From contig CAWDGJ010000003.1 of NCBI GenBank assembly GCA_963801815.1, forward strand, positions 864,001-928,000: a stretch of 64,000 nucleotides of DNA. Direction: 5' to 3'. The notes under the pieces were generated by a model. That model was given only the letters and a program-made list of their open reading frames with translations. It was not told where the DNA came from and made no database searches. This DNA is from an uncultured Verrucomicrobiae bacterium. GTDB taxonomy: Bacteria > Verrucomicrobiota > Verrucomicrobiia > Chthoniobacterales > UBA10450. The position numbers and the translations under genes were made by a program. Below are positions 1-10,148 of this stretch, one piece after another (within the stretch, counting starts at the first letter, position 1; each line of letters opens with the position of its first letter).

Positions 1-413
1 CAGCCGGAAATGTAAACATCAACGGGCAACAGTTGATCGATTCCCTGGAGCACTGCGTAGGAACGATACATTCCGCCAGTGGAGGCGCATGCTCCCATGG
101 CAATCACCCATTTTGGTTCGGGCATTTGGTCATAAATTCGCTTCACGGCGAGGGCCATTTTGTAAGTCACTGTGCCGGCAACGATCATTACGTCGCATTG
201 GCGCGGCGAGAACCGCATCACTTCGGCGCCAAATCGCGCGATGTCGAAACGCGACGCGGCCGTCGCCATTAATTCGATCGCGCAACAAGCCAGGCCCATT
301 GGCATTGGCCAAAGCGAATTCTTGCGGACCCAATTGAAGGCGGCGTCGAGTCGGGTAAAAATGACGTTGCCCTCGATTTTTGAGTCGTATGCGCTTGCCC
401 GCGTCTCAGCCAT
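1..413 (-). CDS. nuoB: NADH-quinone oxidoreductase subunit B (3' end runs off the window)
   Basis: Manual translation from ATG at 413: [49 protein letters not shown]...[16 protein letters not shown]...[19 protein letters not shown]...[10 protein letters not shown], the canonical NuoB motifs. Not in the ORF track. Confidence 0.95.
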   Translation of the reverse strand, partial: MAETRASAYDSKIEGNVIFTRLDAAFNWVRKNSLWPMPMGLACCAIELMATAASRFDIARFGAEVMRFSPRQCDVMIVAGTVTYKMALAVKRIYDQMPEPKWVIAMGACASTGGMYRSYAVLQGIDQLLPVDVYISG

Positions 414-456
414 GGCGAAACACTAAGGTTCCGACAGGTGGCCGCAAGGGAAAATG

Positions 457-545
457 GCCACAGATTGACACCGATTAAACACAGATTACGGAAAACTCAG
501 ATTCAAATCTGAAATCATCTGTGTAAATCTGTGTGTATCTGTGGC
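457..545. repeat. Inverted repeat of about 10-bp periodic CACAGAT units, no ORF inside
   Basis: Left arm GCCACAGATTGACACCGATTAAACACAGAT (457-486), right arm ATCTGTGTAAATCTGTGTGTATCTGTGGC (517-545), with a small central hairpin TCAGAT-TCAA-ATCTGA. Confidence 0.85.
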
Positions 546-565
546 TAATTCAGCCGCGCTAAGAA

Positions 566-1386
566 ATGACCAACCAACCAAAACGCACCCATCTCGACGA
601 GCTCGAGAACCAGAGCATTTTTATTTTTCGCGAGGCGTATCACGCGTTCAAGAACATCTGTATGCCGTGGTCGATGGGGAAGGATTCGAACGTTTTGGTC
701 TGGCTGGCGCGGAAAGCGTTTTTCGGCCGGGTGCCATTTCCGGTCTTGCACATCGACACCACCTACGAGTTTCCCGAGATGCTCGAGTTCCGCGAATGGG
801 CGAAGACGCATCACAACCTGACCTGATCGTGAAGATCAACGCTGAAGCTCGCGCGCGCGGCGTCGGTTACGAGACGCACGACCCGGTGACCGTGACCCAC
901 GAATTAAAAACGGTGGCCCTCCAACAGGTGCTCGCCGAATACAAATTCGATGCGCTGATCACAGGGATTCGACGCGACGAAGATCCAACCCGCGCCAAGG
1001 AGCGATATTTTTCGCCACGCAACGCGCAGTTTGAATGGGACTACAAAGATCAGCCGCCGGAATTCTGGGGACAATTCGTGACCAACGCAGCCAAAGGCGA
1101 GCATGTGCGTGTCCAGCCATTGCTCGATTGGACCGAAGTTGACGTGTGGCGTTACATCCAGCGCGAGAACATTCCGATTCCGCAAATGTATTTCGCGCGA
1201 AACGGCAAACGGTTTCGTTCGTTAGGCTGCAGGCCGATCACGCATCCGATCGAGAGCACGGCTTCGAATATCGAGGAGATTATCGTCGAGCTAGAGGGGA
1301 CGAAGGTTGGCGAGCGCGCCGGCCGCGCGCAGGATCACTACGAGCGCAACGCGATGCAGAAGCTCAGAGCGAAAGGCTTTTTATGA
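566..1386 (+). CDS. cysD: Sulfate adenylyltransferase subunit 2 (one frameshift near 820, probably assembly error)
   Basis: N-part in ORF 566..826 ([26 protein letters not shown]); C-part in ORF 541..1386 ([36 protein letters not shown]). Confidence 0.92.
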
Positions 1387-1389
1387 AAA

Positions 1390-1418
1390 CCGGAAAGCGG
1401 ATACCGGATACCGGAGAG
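1390..1418. repeat. Left arm of heptamer (CCGGATA) inverted repeat flanking the four-helix-bundle gene
   Basis: CCGGAAA GCGGATA CCGGATA CCGGAGA; 1398-1418 is the exact reverse complement of 1797-1817. Confidence 0.92.
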
Positions 1419-1426
1419 ATTTCGTG

Positions 1427-1786
1427 ATGACGCGTCCGGAGTTTCGAAAGCGAACTTTTCAGTTTGGAATCCGCTGCATTCGTTTGGCCGAATCCCTTCC
1501 GAACGGTCCTGCTGCGCAGACGATTTCGCGGCAATTGATTCGATCTGCGACTTCAGTGGGAGCGAATTATCGCGCGGCGATTCGGAGCAAGTCCCGGGCA
1601 GATTTCATTTCAAAAATGGGAATCGTTGAGGAGGAATGCGACGAGGCTGTTTACTGGATTGAAGTAATTCTAGAGCTCGGATTCGTACCGGAGAAACGAA
1701 CGAAACAATTACTGCAGGAAGCTGGCGAAATCCTTGCCGTTACAGTTTCGTCAATCAAAACGGCTCGAAAGCGCAAACAACAATGA
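1427..1786 (+). CDS. Four helix bundle protein (23S rRNA-IVP / TIGR02436-like)
   Basis: 119 aa [20 protein letters not shown]...[41 protein letters not shown]; the QL.RS.TS.GAN..A..S..DF..K.....E..E..YW pattern is typical of the family. Confidence 0.9.
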   Translation: MTRPEFRKRTFQFGIRCIRLAESLPNGPAAQTISRQLIRSATSVGANYRAAIRSKSRADFISKMGIVEEECDEAVYWIEVILELGFVPEKRTKQLLQEAGEILAVTVSSIKTARKRKQQ

Positions 1787-3699
1787 AAACGAAAGACTCT
1801 CCGGTATCCGGTATCCGATCTCCGGTATCCGCGCAGCTTCCGCTTCGCGTGGTCTTTGTGGGTCACGTCGATCATGGGAAATCGACCCTGATCGGCCGGA
1901 TTTTGCACGACACCGACTCGTTGCCCGAAGGCAAGATCGAGATGGTAAAGAAAGCGTGCGCGGCCGAAGGCATGGAGTTTGAATTTGCTTTCGTGCTCGA
2001 CGCGCTCTTGGAAGAGCAAGAACAGAACATCACCATCGACACGACCGAGATCCGATTCAAAACCAATCGGCGCCAATACATCATTATCGACGCGCCCGGT
2101 CACAAAGAGTTTTTGAAGAACATGATCACCGGGGCGTCGCGCGCGGACGCGGCTGTGCTTGTTATCGCGGCAAACGAGGGCGTGCGGGAACAAAGCCGGC
2201 GTCACGCCTATCTGCTGAGTCTGCTAGGAATCAAACAATTGATCGTGGTCGTGAATAAAATGGACCTCGCCGATTTTTCCGAAGAGCGATTTAGCGAGAT
2301 CGAGAAGCAGTATCAAAAATTTCTAGGCGATCTCGGGCTCGAAGCGCGGGTGTTTGTTCCAGCGGCTGCCAAAAGCGGCGAAAACGTGGCGAGCCGAAGC
2401 AAAAAGATGAAATGGCATCGCGGACCGACAGTTCTGGAAGGGTTAGACCTGTTGGAACCGCAAAGTGCCGACGTCGATTTGCCCTTACGATTTTGCGTCC
2501 AGGATGTTTATCGATTCGATGAGCGCCGCATCATCGCAGGCCGGATCGAAACCGGAAAGCTGAGGGTGGGGGATGAATTGGTTTTTTCCCCTGCGAACAA
2601 GACGTCGAAAGTTCACTCGATTGAAGAATGGGGAGCCGGCAGTGACAGCGAAGCCATAGCCGGTGATTCGATTGGGATCACCTTGACCGAACAAATTTTT
2701 GTCGAGCGCGGTTACGTCGGCTCGCATCAAAGTGAGACCCCAATCGAGGCGAACCGTGTTCACGCGGACGTTTTCTGGATCGTGCGCGATCCAATGCGAG
2801 TTGGTCATCTCTACGACCTGCGACTGGCAACGCAGGAAGTGAAATGCGAAATCGCGTCAATCGATCAGGTGATGGATTCGGCAACTCTGGAAACGACAAA
2901 CGACAAGCGCGATCGTCTCGAGCGGAATGAAGTCGGGCGGCTGACGATTCAAACACGGGCGCCCCTAGTGATCGATAACCACGATCGAATCCCGAACCTC
3001 GGGCGATTTGTGATTGTTGATGATGGCCAGATTTGCGGCGGCGGCACAATCTTCGGCGGTGTTTACACCGATCGCACCGTCGCCAAGAGCAAAAATATTT
3101 TCTGGGTTGAAGGCAAAGTCACCGCGCACGATCGCGCTGCGCGGACAGGTCATCGCGGCGCGGTCGTGTGGTTTACCGGTTTATCGGGCGCGGGAAAATC
3201 GACGATCGCTCAGGCGTTGGAACGTGAGTTGTTCGCGCGGGGAATGCGCACCTACGTGCTCGACGGGGACAACATTCGGCATGGGTTGAATTCGAACCTG
3301 GGATTTTCGCCAGAAGACCGGGTGGAAAATATTCGGCGCGTCAGCGAGGTGGCAAAATTGATGGCGGACTCAGGCGTAATCGCAATCACTGCGTTCATTT
3401 CGCCTTATCGGATGGATCGACGCCGGGCGCGAGAGATCGCGCTCGAGGGCAGCGCCGAATTCGTGGAAGTGTTTGTCGACGCGCCGCTGGAAGTTTGCGA
3501 AGCCCGCGATCCGAAGAATCTGTACAAGAAAGCGCGGGCCGGGGAAATTCGTGAATTCACCGGGATCGATGCGCCGTACGAACCTCCGGAAGATGTGGAG
3601 ATCGTTGTTCACACGGATCAGCAGACCGTCAACGAATCGGTGGCAGTAATCCTGGAAGGGCTCCTTCCGCGATTAAAGCCGGAACAAATCGATGGCTGA
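1783..3699 (+). CDS. cysNC: Bifunctional sulfate adenylyltransferase subunit 1 / adenylylsulfate kinase
   Basis: GTPase motifs [19 protein letters not shown]-terminal APS kinase [22 protein letters not shown]. Confidence 0.95.
   Translation: MKTKDSPVSGIRSPVSAQLPLRVVFVGHVDHGKSTLIGRILHDTDSLPEGKIEMVKKACAAEGMEFEFAFVLDALLEEQEQNITIDTTEIRFKTNRRQYIIIDAPGHKEFLKNMITGASRADAAVLVIAANEGVREQSRRHAYLLSLLGIKQLIVVVNKMDLADFSEERFSEIEKQYQKFLGDLGLEARVFVPAAAKSGENVASRSKKMKWHRGPTVLEGLDLLEPQSADVDLPLRFCVQDVYRFDERRIIAGRIETGKLRVGDELVFSPANKTSKVHSIEEWGAGSDSEAIAGDSIGITLTEQIFVERGYVGSHQSETPIEANRVHADVFWIVRDPMRVGHLYDLRLATQEVKCEIASIDQVMDSATLETTNDKRDRLERNEVGRLTIQTRAPLVIDNHDRIPNLGRFVIVDDGQICGGGTIFGGVYTDRTVAKSKNIFWVEGKVTAHDRAARTGHRGAVVWFTGLSGAGKSTIAQALERELFARGMRTYVLDGDNIRHGLNSNLGFSPEDRVENIRRVSEVAKLMADSGVIAITAFISPYRMDRRRAREIALEGSAEFVEVFVDAPLEVCEARDPKNLYKKARAGEIREFTGIDAPYEPPEDVEIVVHTDQQTVNESVAVILEGLLPRLKPEQIDG
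1797..1832. repeat. Right arm of heptamer inverted repeat, translated as the CysN N-terminus
   Basis: TCTCCGG TATCCGG TATCCGA TCTCCGG TATCCGC encodes [12 protein letters not shown]. Confidence 0.92.
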
Positions 3700-4153
3700 G
3701 GCAAAAGAGGCCGATCTTGCGGTTCGACGTGCCGAAGTCGGCGACGCTGCCGCCTTGGCCGATTTAATGACACAATTGGGATATCCGACGCGCACGTCGG
3801 AGATGGAGATGCGGATGGAAGGCATTAGGGCGGACAAAAACTACGCGACCTTTGTCGCGGTAAGCGGAGGAAAAGTTTGCGGAATGATTGGGACTCGCAC
3901 GAGTTACAGCTACGAGCATAATAGTCCGGGCGCTGCCATCCTCGCGTTGGTTGTTTCAGATAAGATGCGCGGTCGCGGCGTCGGCCGAGCGTTGATGACG
4001 GCAATGGAACACGATCTCGCGCAAAAGAACATCAGACGGGTCGCAGTTTACACCCATTTTCGCCGCACCGACGCGCACGAGTTTTATGAAAAGGTCGGCT
4101 ATACAAAGAACGGTTTCCGATTGATAAAAGAGCTGCCAATGCCGGCAGATTAG
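3692..4153 (+). CDS. GNAT family N-acetyltransferase
   Basis: [17 protein letters not shown] acetyl-CoA motif and [10 protein letters not shown]. Confidence 0.9.
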   Translation: MAEAKEADLAVRRAEVGDAAALADLMTQLGYPTRTSEMEMRMEGIRADKNYATFVAVSGGKVCGMIGTRTSYSYEHNSPGAAILALVVSDKMRGRGVGRALMTAMEHDLAQKNIRRVAVYTHFRRTDAHEFYEKVGYTKNGFRLIKELPMPAD

Positions 4154-4186
4154 GTCCGACTGATAACTCTTCGAGCCAAACTGCGA

Positions 4187-7100
4187 CTAACCAGCCGCCT
4201 GCGTGGGAAAATTCAGGCTGACAACGTTTACGTGGCTCGATTCGATCACATCGTGAACGATCTTGCCGAGCTCGGCGGCTTCGTAAGGTTTGGCGATCAC
4301 GCCGCGGAACCCGAAATCCTGATACCGGCTCATGGTCGCGTCAGTGGCATAGCCGCTCGAGACGATCGCGTTCACGGTCGGATCGATTTCGATCAATTTC
4401 TTGAGAGCTTCCTTTCCGCCCATGCCGCCGGGAAGGGTTAGATCGAGAATAACCAGATCGAATCGCTTGCCGGTCCTGAGATTCTCCTGATACATCTCCA
4501 CGCCTTGGAGCGCGGTCGCGGCCTGCGAAACTTCATAGCCGAGTCGCGTGAGCGTGAATTCAACGAGATCGCGAATTGCGTCTTCGTCATCGACAATCAG
4601 GACGCGGCCACTCCCGGATATTTCGGGCGTCAGCTTTCGTGGAGCTTCGACCACTGATTCCTCGTGCTGGACGGCCGCGGCCGGTAGATAAATCGTGAAG
4701 GTAGTGCCGACGTGCACTTGCGATTCGACCGTCATAAGGCCGTTGTGATTCTTGATGATCGAATAAGAAGTCGTCAATCCGAGTCCGTTGCCTTTGGGTT
4801 TGGTCGTGAAGTAGGGATCGAAAATCCGCTTCACGTATTTCTCCGGAATGCCTACGCCTTCGTCGCGGATGCGGACGCGGACGTAATCTCCGGGAGCCAG
4901 ATCGGGAATGACAACGTCGTTGGTGTCGTAGCAGAAATTCTCGCAGCTAACGTAGAGCGTGCCGCCATTCGGCATCGCCTGGTCGGCGTTGACCACAAGG
5001 TTTGCAATGACCTGGCTGATCTGACCGGCGTCGATTTCCGCCTGCGCTACATCCGTGCCAAAATCGAATTCACTGCGATTGCGGCTGCCCCGAAGCGAGA
5101 AACTGACCGTATCCTGAATCAGTTTCGCGATCGACGCGGTCTTCTTAATCGGTGCGCCGCCACGAGCGAAGGTGAGAAGCTGTTGGGCGAGGTCGCGGGC
5201 GCGCATCGAGGCGTTCTTGGCATCGTCGAGACGCGTTGCCATTTCGTCGTCCGGAGGAAGAAGCAACGAAGCGACGGAAATGTTTCCGATAATGGCGGTG
5301 AGAAGATTGTTGAAGTCGTGGGCAATGCCGCCGGCGAGTAAGCCCAATTGCTCCAGCGTTTCGGCTTTCCGCCGCTCTGCCTCGCTGCGCTGGCGCTCGG
5401 TGATATCGCGGAACACCAGAACCACCCCCCCAATTTCGTTTTTGTTGTCTCGAATTGGCGAGGCGACCTGCTCGATGACGCGCTCGATGCCGTCCTTGGA
5501 CGTAAGCGTAACCGTCTCAGGAAGGTTAACCAAAATGGACTGGGCTTCGCTTCGATAACCGCTCTTTTGTGTCTTGGCCTGGGTGGCAAGATCGACCGTA
5601 ACATCGAAAACAGATTTGAGCGGCTGACCATTGGCTTCCTTGTAAGTGCAACCGGTCAGCTTCTCCGCTTCGCTGTTCATCATTATGACTCTGCCGTTGA
5701 CATCGCAGGTGATAACTCCGTCACCGATGGCGCGGAGGGTGACAGCGAGACTTTCCTTTTCAGCATCAATTTGCTGCTCGAACCGTTTTCGCTCGGTGAC
5801 GTCGCGGACCATCGCCACGTAAAGCCGCTGTTGATCAACAAGCATTTCGCTCAAAGAGATCTCGACTGGAAAGGTGATGTTCTTGCGAGTGCGCCCGAGA
5901 GCGAGAGTGGTGCCACCGGCTCGTCTCAGAATTTCGGTCCAATTGCTGGCGATGGGCTTGGCGTCGTGCTCGCTCTCATAAAGTTTTGGAACCAAACGGG
6001 TGAAGGTATGCCCGATCATTTCGTTATCGCGGCATCCAAACATCTTTTCGGCCGCGGGATTCATTGACCGGATGACCCCGTTTTCTTCAACCGCGATCAT
6101 GCCATCGAGAATGTTCTGGATGACGGAACGGATGTGAGTTTCCGCGCTTTCAAGTTTTGTTAACTGCCGCCGAACAAAGACGAAGCTGTAACTGTTCGAG
6201 ACGACGAGCAATCCGATCGCGAGGACTGCAACAAAGGCCAGCGCTGACGTTCGCCAGATTCGCTGTTGCGTGACAGAATTTATTCGCAGCTCATAAAGAT
6301 TGAGCTCTTTGGCCTCGAAATCGGTCAGCATTTGGCGAACGTCCGTCATTAGCGTTTCGCCGGCGGCAACTGGAGCAACCGTCTCGGGATCTTTGCCTGC
6401 ACGTTTGGCGTCGAGCGCCGGTGCAGCGAAGGTATTGATCCACCGTTCCACGCCCGCCCGGATGTCGGCCAGGAGTTGGGCCTGGGCCGGCGAGTTCGCG
6501 ATCAGGATCGAGAGATAGCCGTTGTAGGTGTAAAAGTCACCGAGCGCTCGTTTATAGGCCTCGGCAAAACTGCTGTCTCCGGTCAGCAAGAAGCCGCGCT
6601 TTTCTTTTTCCATCTCGATAACGGCTCGGTCAAGCTTGGGCAGAAAATTGAGGATTTGTGCCGACTGGGTGGCCCATTCCTGCTCGTGCATTCGCTGATT
6701 GAGCGCTATCTGCTCCTCGTCTTCCAGCGATTGGAGAATGTCGCGTGCTTCGTTAAGCAGGGAATTGCCCAGTCCAGAAGCGCCGCTGCCGGTTGCTTCA
6801 CTTTCTAATTGGGCGGGCGTCTTACCGCGGCGTGTCTTGATTTCCGGGACAGCAACGGTTGTGAGCCATTTTTGGACGACGTTCAGCACCTCCATGACGC
6901 GCTTGCGCTCTCTCGGCGCGTCCCCAATCAGCTCCGTCAGCTGCTCGGTCCGTTGTTTGATCAACTCCCGCTTAGCGTCGAACACGGTGAGGTATTCTTC
7001 CCGGCCAGTCAGCAAAAATCCTCGATGATTGCTTTCGAGGCTGGCTACGTCATTTTCGATCAAGCTGCTCAATCGAATAACGGAAATTGTGTGGCTGCGA

Positions 7101-7318
7101 AGCGCGTCCTGATAATGATCGCGGAGGCTGAGGAATAGGAAAACGCCGACCAGGAAAATGATAACGATGACGCCAACGGTGGTACCAGAAAGGAGTTTAA
7201 AGTGAAAATACCGCTGGCTAAATAGCCAGCCACCAATGCGACCAAAGAGCGAGCGTCGCGATTTTTTTAGACGAGCTGGTGTTGCGCGGTTGACGCGCTT
7301 GTTTACCATAATTCCCAT
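4187..7318 (-). CDS. Hybrid sensor histidine kinase (TM-CHASE3-CHASE3-TM-PAS-PAS-HisKA-HATPase-REC)
   Basis: RGFLLTG occurs twice (CHASE3), two PAS/PAC ends RDVTER and RDITER, H-box IAHDFNN, FDPYFTTK, GLGL, receiver VLIVDDE..ILDLTLPG. Confidence 0.92.
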   Translation of the reverse strand: MGIMVNKRVNRATPARLKKSRRSLFGRIGGWLFSQRYFHFKLLSGTTVGVIVIIFLVGVFLFLSLRDHYQDALRSHTISVIRLSSLIENDVASLESNHRGFLLTGREEYLTVFDAKRELIKQRTEQLTELIGDAPRERKRVMEVLNVVQKWLTTVAVPEIKTRRGKTPAQLESEATGSGASGLGNSLLNEARDILQSLEDEEQIALNQRMHEQEWATQSAQILNFLPKLDRAVIEMEKEKRGFLLTGDSSFAEAYKRALGDFYTYNGYLSILIANSPAQAQLLADIRAGVERWINTFAAPALDAKRAGKDPETVAPVAAGETLMTDVRQMLTDFEAKELNLYELRINSVTQQRIWRTSALAFVAVLAIGLLVVSNSYSFVFVRRQLTKLESAETHIRSVIQNILDGMIAVEENGVIRSMNPAAEKMFGCRDNEMIGHTFTRLVPKLYESEHDAKPIASNWTEILRRAGGTTLALGRTRKNITFPVEISLSEMLVDQQRLYVAMVRDVTERKRFEQQIDAEKESLAVTLRAIGDGVITCDVNGRVIMMNSEAEKLTGCTYKEANGQPLKSVFDVTVDLATQAKTQKSGYRSEAQSILVNLPETVTLTSKDGIERVIEQVASPIRDNKNEIGGVVLVFRDITERQRSEAERRKAETLEQLGLLAGGIAHDFNNLLTAIIGNISVASLLLPPDDEMATRLDDAKNASMRARDLAQQLLTFARGGAPIKKTASIAKLIQDTVSFSLRGSRNRSEFDFGTDVAQAEIDAGQISQVIANLVVNADQAMPNGGTLYVSCENFCYDTNDVVIPDLAPGDYVRVRIRDEGVGIPEKYVKRIFDPYFTTKPKGNGLGLTTSYSIIKNHNGLMTVESQVHVGTTFTIYLPAAAVQHEESVVEAPRKLTPEISGSGRVLIVDDEDAIRDLVEFTLTRLGYEVSQAATALQGVEMYQENLRTGKRFDLVILDLTLPGGMGGKEALKKLIEIDPTVNAIVSSGYATDATMSRYQDFGFRGVIAKPYEAAELGKIVHDVIESSHVNVVSLNFPTQAAG

Positions 7319-7373
7319 AGAGCAGCCCGTCTGCCAGCTCGACTCCCGCGTGGCCGTTCGGCGCCGCCCTAGC

Positions 7374-8138
7374 TCAAAGCAGGGTCAGTACCCACACTCT
7401 CACCAAGTACAAACCGCCGGCCGGTGCCACAAAACGGGACGCCCCCGCCCGGCCCAACTTCAACTGACTAACGACTTCGCTTTGATCTGTTTGCCCAAGT
7501 CCGACTCGAACCATGGTCCCCACCATCAGTCGAGCCATCTTGTAAAGAAAACCCTCGCCATCGATCTCGATATTCACAACGAACCCGCGTTTTCCCACTC
7601 GAACGGATCGAATCGTGCGAACAGTGTCTTCGTCCTTTTTGCCGCGATTCGCGGCGAACCCGCCAAAGTCATGTCTCCCAACAAATACTTGTCCGGTTGC
7701 TTTGAGAAGATCGACGTTTAGCGGAACTGAAATGTGCCACGCGCGATGGAGTTCGAGCGGAGGCAGGATCGGTCCAGTCCAAATCCGGTAGCGATACGTT
7801 TTTCCTTTTGCAGAAAAGCGCGCATGAAAATTGGACGAAACATAGGAACAGCGGAGCACGCGAATCGTGGGCGGAAGAACCCCGTTGAGCGCATTTCTCC
7901 AGCTCAGGTTTGAGATTCTCCGATTTGGCAAGTCAACATGAGCGCATTGGGCGAGAGCATGCACACCGGCATCAGTGCGCCCGGCTCCATGGACTCGGAC
8001 GCGATGTCCGCTGATCTTGTGAAAGCTGCGTTCCAGTTCGTCCTGAACGGTGTTGCGATGGGCTTGGCTCTGCCAACCCGCGAACGCGCTGCCATCGTAT
8101 GCAACGGTTAGTCTGAGCCGCTGCGACATCGCGGTCAC
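7374..8138 (-). CDS. truA: tRNA pseudouridine(38-40) synthase
   Basis: AYDGSAFAGWQ, GAGRTDAGVHA, FHARFSA, FLYKMAR. A probable extra G near 7391 turns the expected ...VRVWY* end into VWVLTLL. Confidence 0.95.
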   Translation of the reverse strand: MTAMSQRLRLTVAYDGSAFAGWQSQAHRNTVQDELERSFHKISGHRVRVHGAGRTDAGVHALAQCAHVDLPNRRISNLSWRNALNGVLPPTIRVLRCSYVSSNFHARFSAKGKTYRYRIWTGPILPPLELHRAWHISVPLNVDLLKATGQVFVGRHDFGGFAANRGKKDEDTVRTIRSVRVGKRGFVVNIEIDGEGFLYKMARLMVGTMVRVGLGQTDQSEVVSQLKLGRAGASRFVAPAGGLYLVRVWVLTLL

Positions 8139-8572
8139 GTTTCACTCTCGGTTGTTGAAACGGTACCGCCCTCACGGTCGAGATAGCTTTGCAAAATCAT
8201 TTGCGCCGCAACCTGATCGACCACGTGACGTGTTTTGTGTGTCTTCCGGCCCGCATCGCGCAACGCGCGCTCTGCCGCAACAGTCGTCAATCGCTCATCC
8301 CAAGTCTCGACCGAACACGGAAGCTGCGCTCTCAGTCCATTTGCAAACTCGAGGGCAGCGTTGGCGGCGGCCCCGGCTTCTCCGCTCATGTGGCGCGGAA
8401 TTCCGACGACAACCATCTCGACTTTTCGATCGCGCACAATTTGCGCAATTTTCTTCACCGGACTTCTGTTAGCCGGAATAGTTTGCAGCGGATGCGCCAG
8501 GAATCGCAGTTCGTCAGAAATTGCCAATCCAATTCGCACTTGTCCAAAATCAATCCCCAGAATCGGATTCAT
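8135..8572 (-). CDS. ruvX: Holliday junction resolvase-like / pre-16S rRNA nuclease (YqgF)
   Basis: ILGIDFGQVRIGLAISD, WDERLTT, VDQVAAQMILQSYLD. Confidence 0.95.
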   Translation of the reverse strand: MNPILGIDFGQVRIGLAISDELRFLAHPLQTIPANRSPVKKIAQIVRDRKVEMVVVGIPRHMSGEAGAAANAALEFANGLRAQLPCSVETWDERLTTVAAERALRDAGRKTHKTRHVVDQVAAQMILQSYLDREGGTVSTTESET

Positions 8573-8593
8573 TTGTGCCGGTCCGGCTCAGGC

Positions 8594-9664
8594 CTACTGG
8601 AGCTCCGGAGGCAGCTTCGCGACCAGGTTCTTGATTCGTTCTGCCTGATGACGATGACAAATGAGAATTGCATCGCCTGTTCGGACAACGATCAGGTTAT
8701 GAACTCCGAGCAATGCAATCGTCGTCTTACCGTCATTGAAGACAATATTGTCACTTGCGTCGAGGGCGGTCAGAGCGCGATTGGCGATGTTGCCGTGCTC
8801 ATCTTTCTTGAAATAACGCGCGACCGCTTGCCAGCTTCCGACATCGTCCCAATCAAAGCTCGCCTCCACAACTAAAACGCGGTCGGCTTTTTCCATGATC
8901 GCGTAATCGAATGAAATTCGCGGAAGCTTGACGAATTGCTCACGTAGAATCTTGTCCAGGTCCTTTGGCGATCGCACTTGAGAAATAAAATCGGCAAGCT
9001 CGGGTGCGTGCCGATTAAACTCGCTCAAGACCGTCGGCACCGACCAGACAAACATTCCTGCGTTCCAGCGGAAGTTTCCTTTTCTCAGAAAAGACTCGGC
9101 AAGATCGGCGTTCGGTTTCTCTCGAAAACGAACAACCCGATGGACCGCAATCTTACCGTTCTCACGCAATCGCACCGGTTCGCCCTGCTCGACGTAGCCA
9201 AAACCTGGGCACGCCCAAGTCGGCTTGATCCCGATGGTGACAAGCGCACCAGTTTCACTCGCGGCAGCAGCGGCGGTCTTCATCGTTTCTTGAAACGCCT
9301 CGCGATCTGCGATGACGTGATCGGCAGGGAGCGCCAGCATCGTGGCCGAGTGATCTCGCGCTGCGACCCACCCGGCGCCCAGCGCAACCGCGGCGGCGGT
9401 ATCTCGCTTCGCCGGCTCGGCGATGATATTCTGCTGCGGAAATTTCTTCAGTAAATCGCGAACCGCTTTTTCCTGCTCGACGTTAGTCAGGACCAAAATG
9501 CGATCCGGCGGGACAAGACCATCAAGGCGGGCAACCGTTTCTTCGAGGAGCGTCCGCTTGGAAACAAGGCGAAGTAATTGCTTTGGGCGGTTGCGGCGGC
9601 TCAGCGGCCAGAAGCGTTCGCCGCTCCCGCCGGCCAAAATTAGGGCATAAATTGAATTAGCCAT
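8594..9664 (-). CDS. manC: Mannose-1-phosphate guanylyltransferase
   Basis: LILAGGSGERFWPLSR..PKQ, FREKP, WNAGMF, ISFDYAIMEK, WDDVGSW. Confidence 0.92.
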   Translation of the reverse strand: MANSIYALILAGGSGERFWPLSRRNRPKQLLRLVSKRTLLEETVARLDGLVPPDRILVLTNVEQEKAVRDLLKKFPQQNIIAEPAKRDTAAAVALGAGWVAARDHSATMLALPADHVIADREAFQETMKTAAAAASETGALVTIGIKPTWACPGFGYVEQGEPVRLRENGKIAVHRVVRFREKPNADLAESFLRKGNFRWNAGMFVWSVPTVLSEFNRHAPELADFISQVRSPKDLDKILREQFVKLPRISFDYAIMEKADRVLVVEASFDWDDVGSWQAVARYFKKDEHGNIANRALTALDASDNIVFNDGKTTIALLGVHNLIVVRTGDAILICHRHQAERIKNLVAKLPPELQ

Positions 9665-9750
9665 GTCGAAAACTGCCAATAGCTAAGATCACGCGAGCGC
9701 GAAGATTTTTCCCGTTTATTTTTCGCGAACGAGACGTATAACAGTAGCCG

Positions 9751-10053
9751 ATGTCACTCTCCGTATCCATTCCAAAAACTTCCGAACAGGTTCCGCTCGA
9801 GAATTTGCTGGCGTTAACGCGGACAGCATTCGGGCTCGGCATCGGCATGCTGGTCGCTGATAAGATCAAACGTCCGACACGACAGACCGCGGCGATCGCG
9901 CTCATGTCCGTCGGTGCATTGGCCGCCGTACCTTTTCTCGTCAAAGTCGCCCTGGAGCGGATCAACCGGCCCGAATCAGAGCGGGGCAGCCGCGCAAGGC
10001 TTCGTTCGATTCGAAGTGACTCCGGCTATCGTTCTGAAGTCGACGTCTATTGA
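9751..10053 (+). CDS. Hypothetical small membrane protein
   Basis: 100-aa ORF with two hydrophobic segments filling the intergenic gap. Confidence 0.7.
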   Translation: MSLSVSIPKTSEQVPLENLLALTRTAFGLGIGMLVADKIKRPTRQTAAIALMSVGALAAVPFLVKVALERINRPESERGSRARLRSIRSDSGYRSEVDVY

Positions 10054-10106
10054 TGGGGCGGTGCAACCCCGCCGCCCGCGGGCGACTGTGGTCAATCGCC
10101 GCTACC
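10054..10106. repeat. Degenerate REP-like palindrome doublet (CTAC end)
   Basis: Right unit GGCGACTGTGGTCAATCGCCGCTACC; left unit GC-rich and degenerate. Confidence 0.5.
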
Positions 10107-10148
10107 TCGCTTGATTCGGTCAGCATCGCGGATTAAGCCTCTTCGCAC

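Noticed and set aside
1427..1786. Diversity-generating retroelement suggested by Avd-like four-helix genes
   Set aside because: No reverse transcriptase and no template/variable repeat pair seen in the window.
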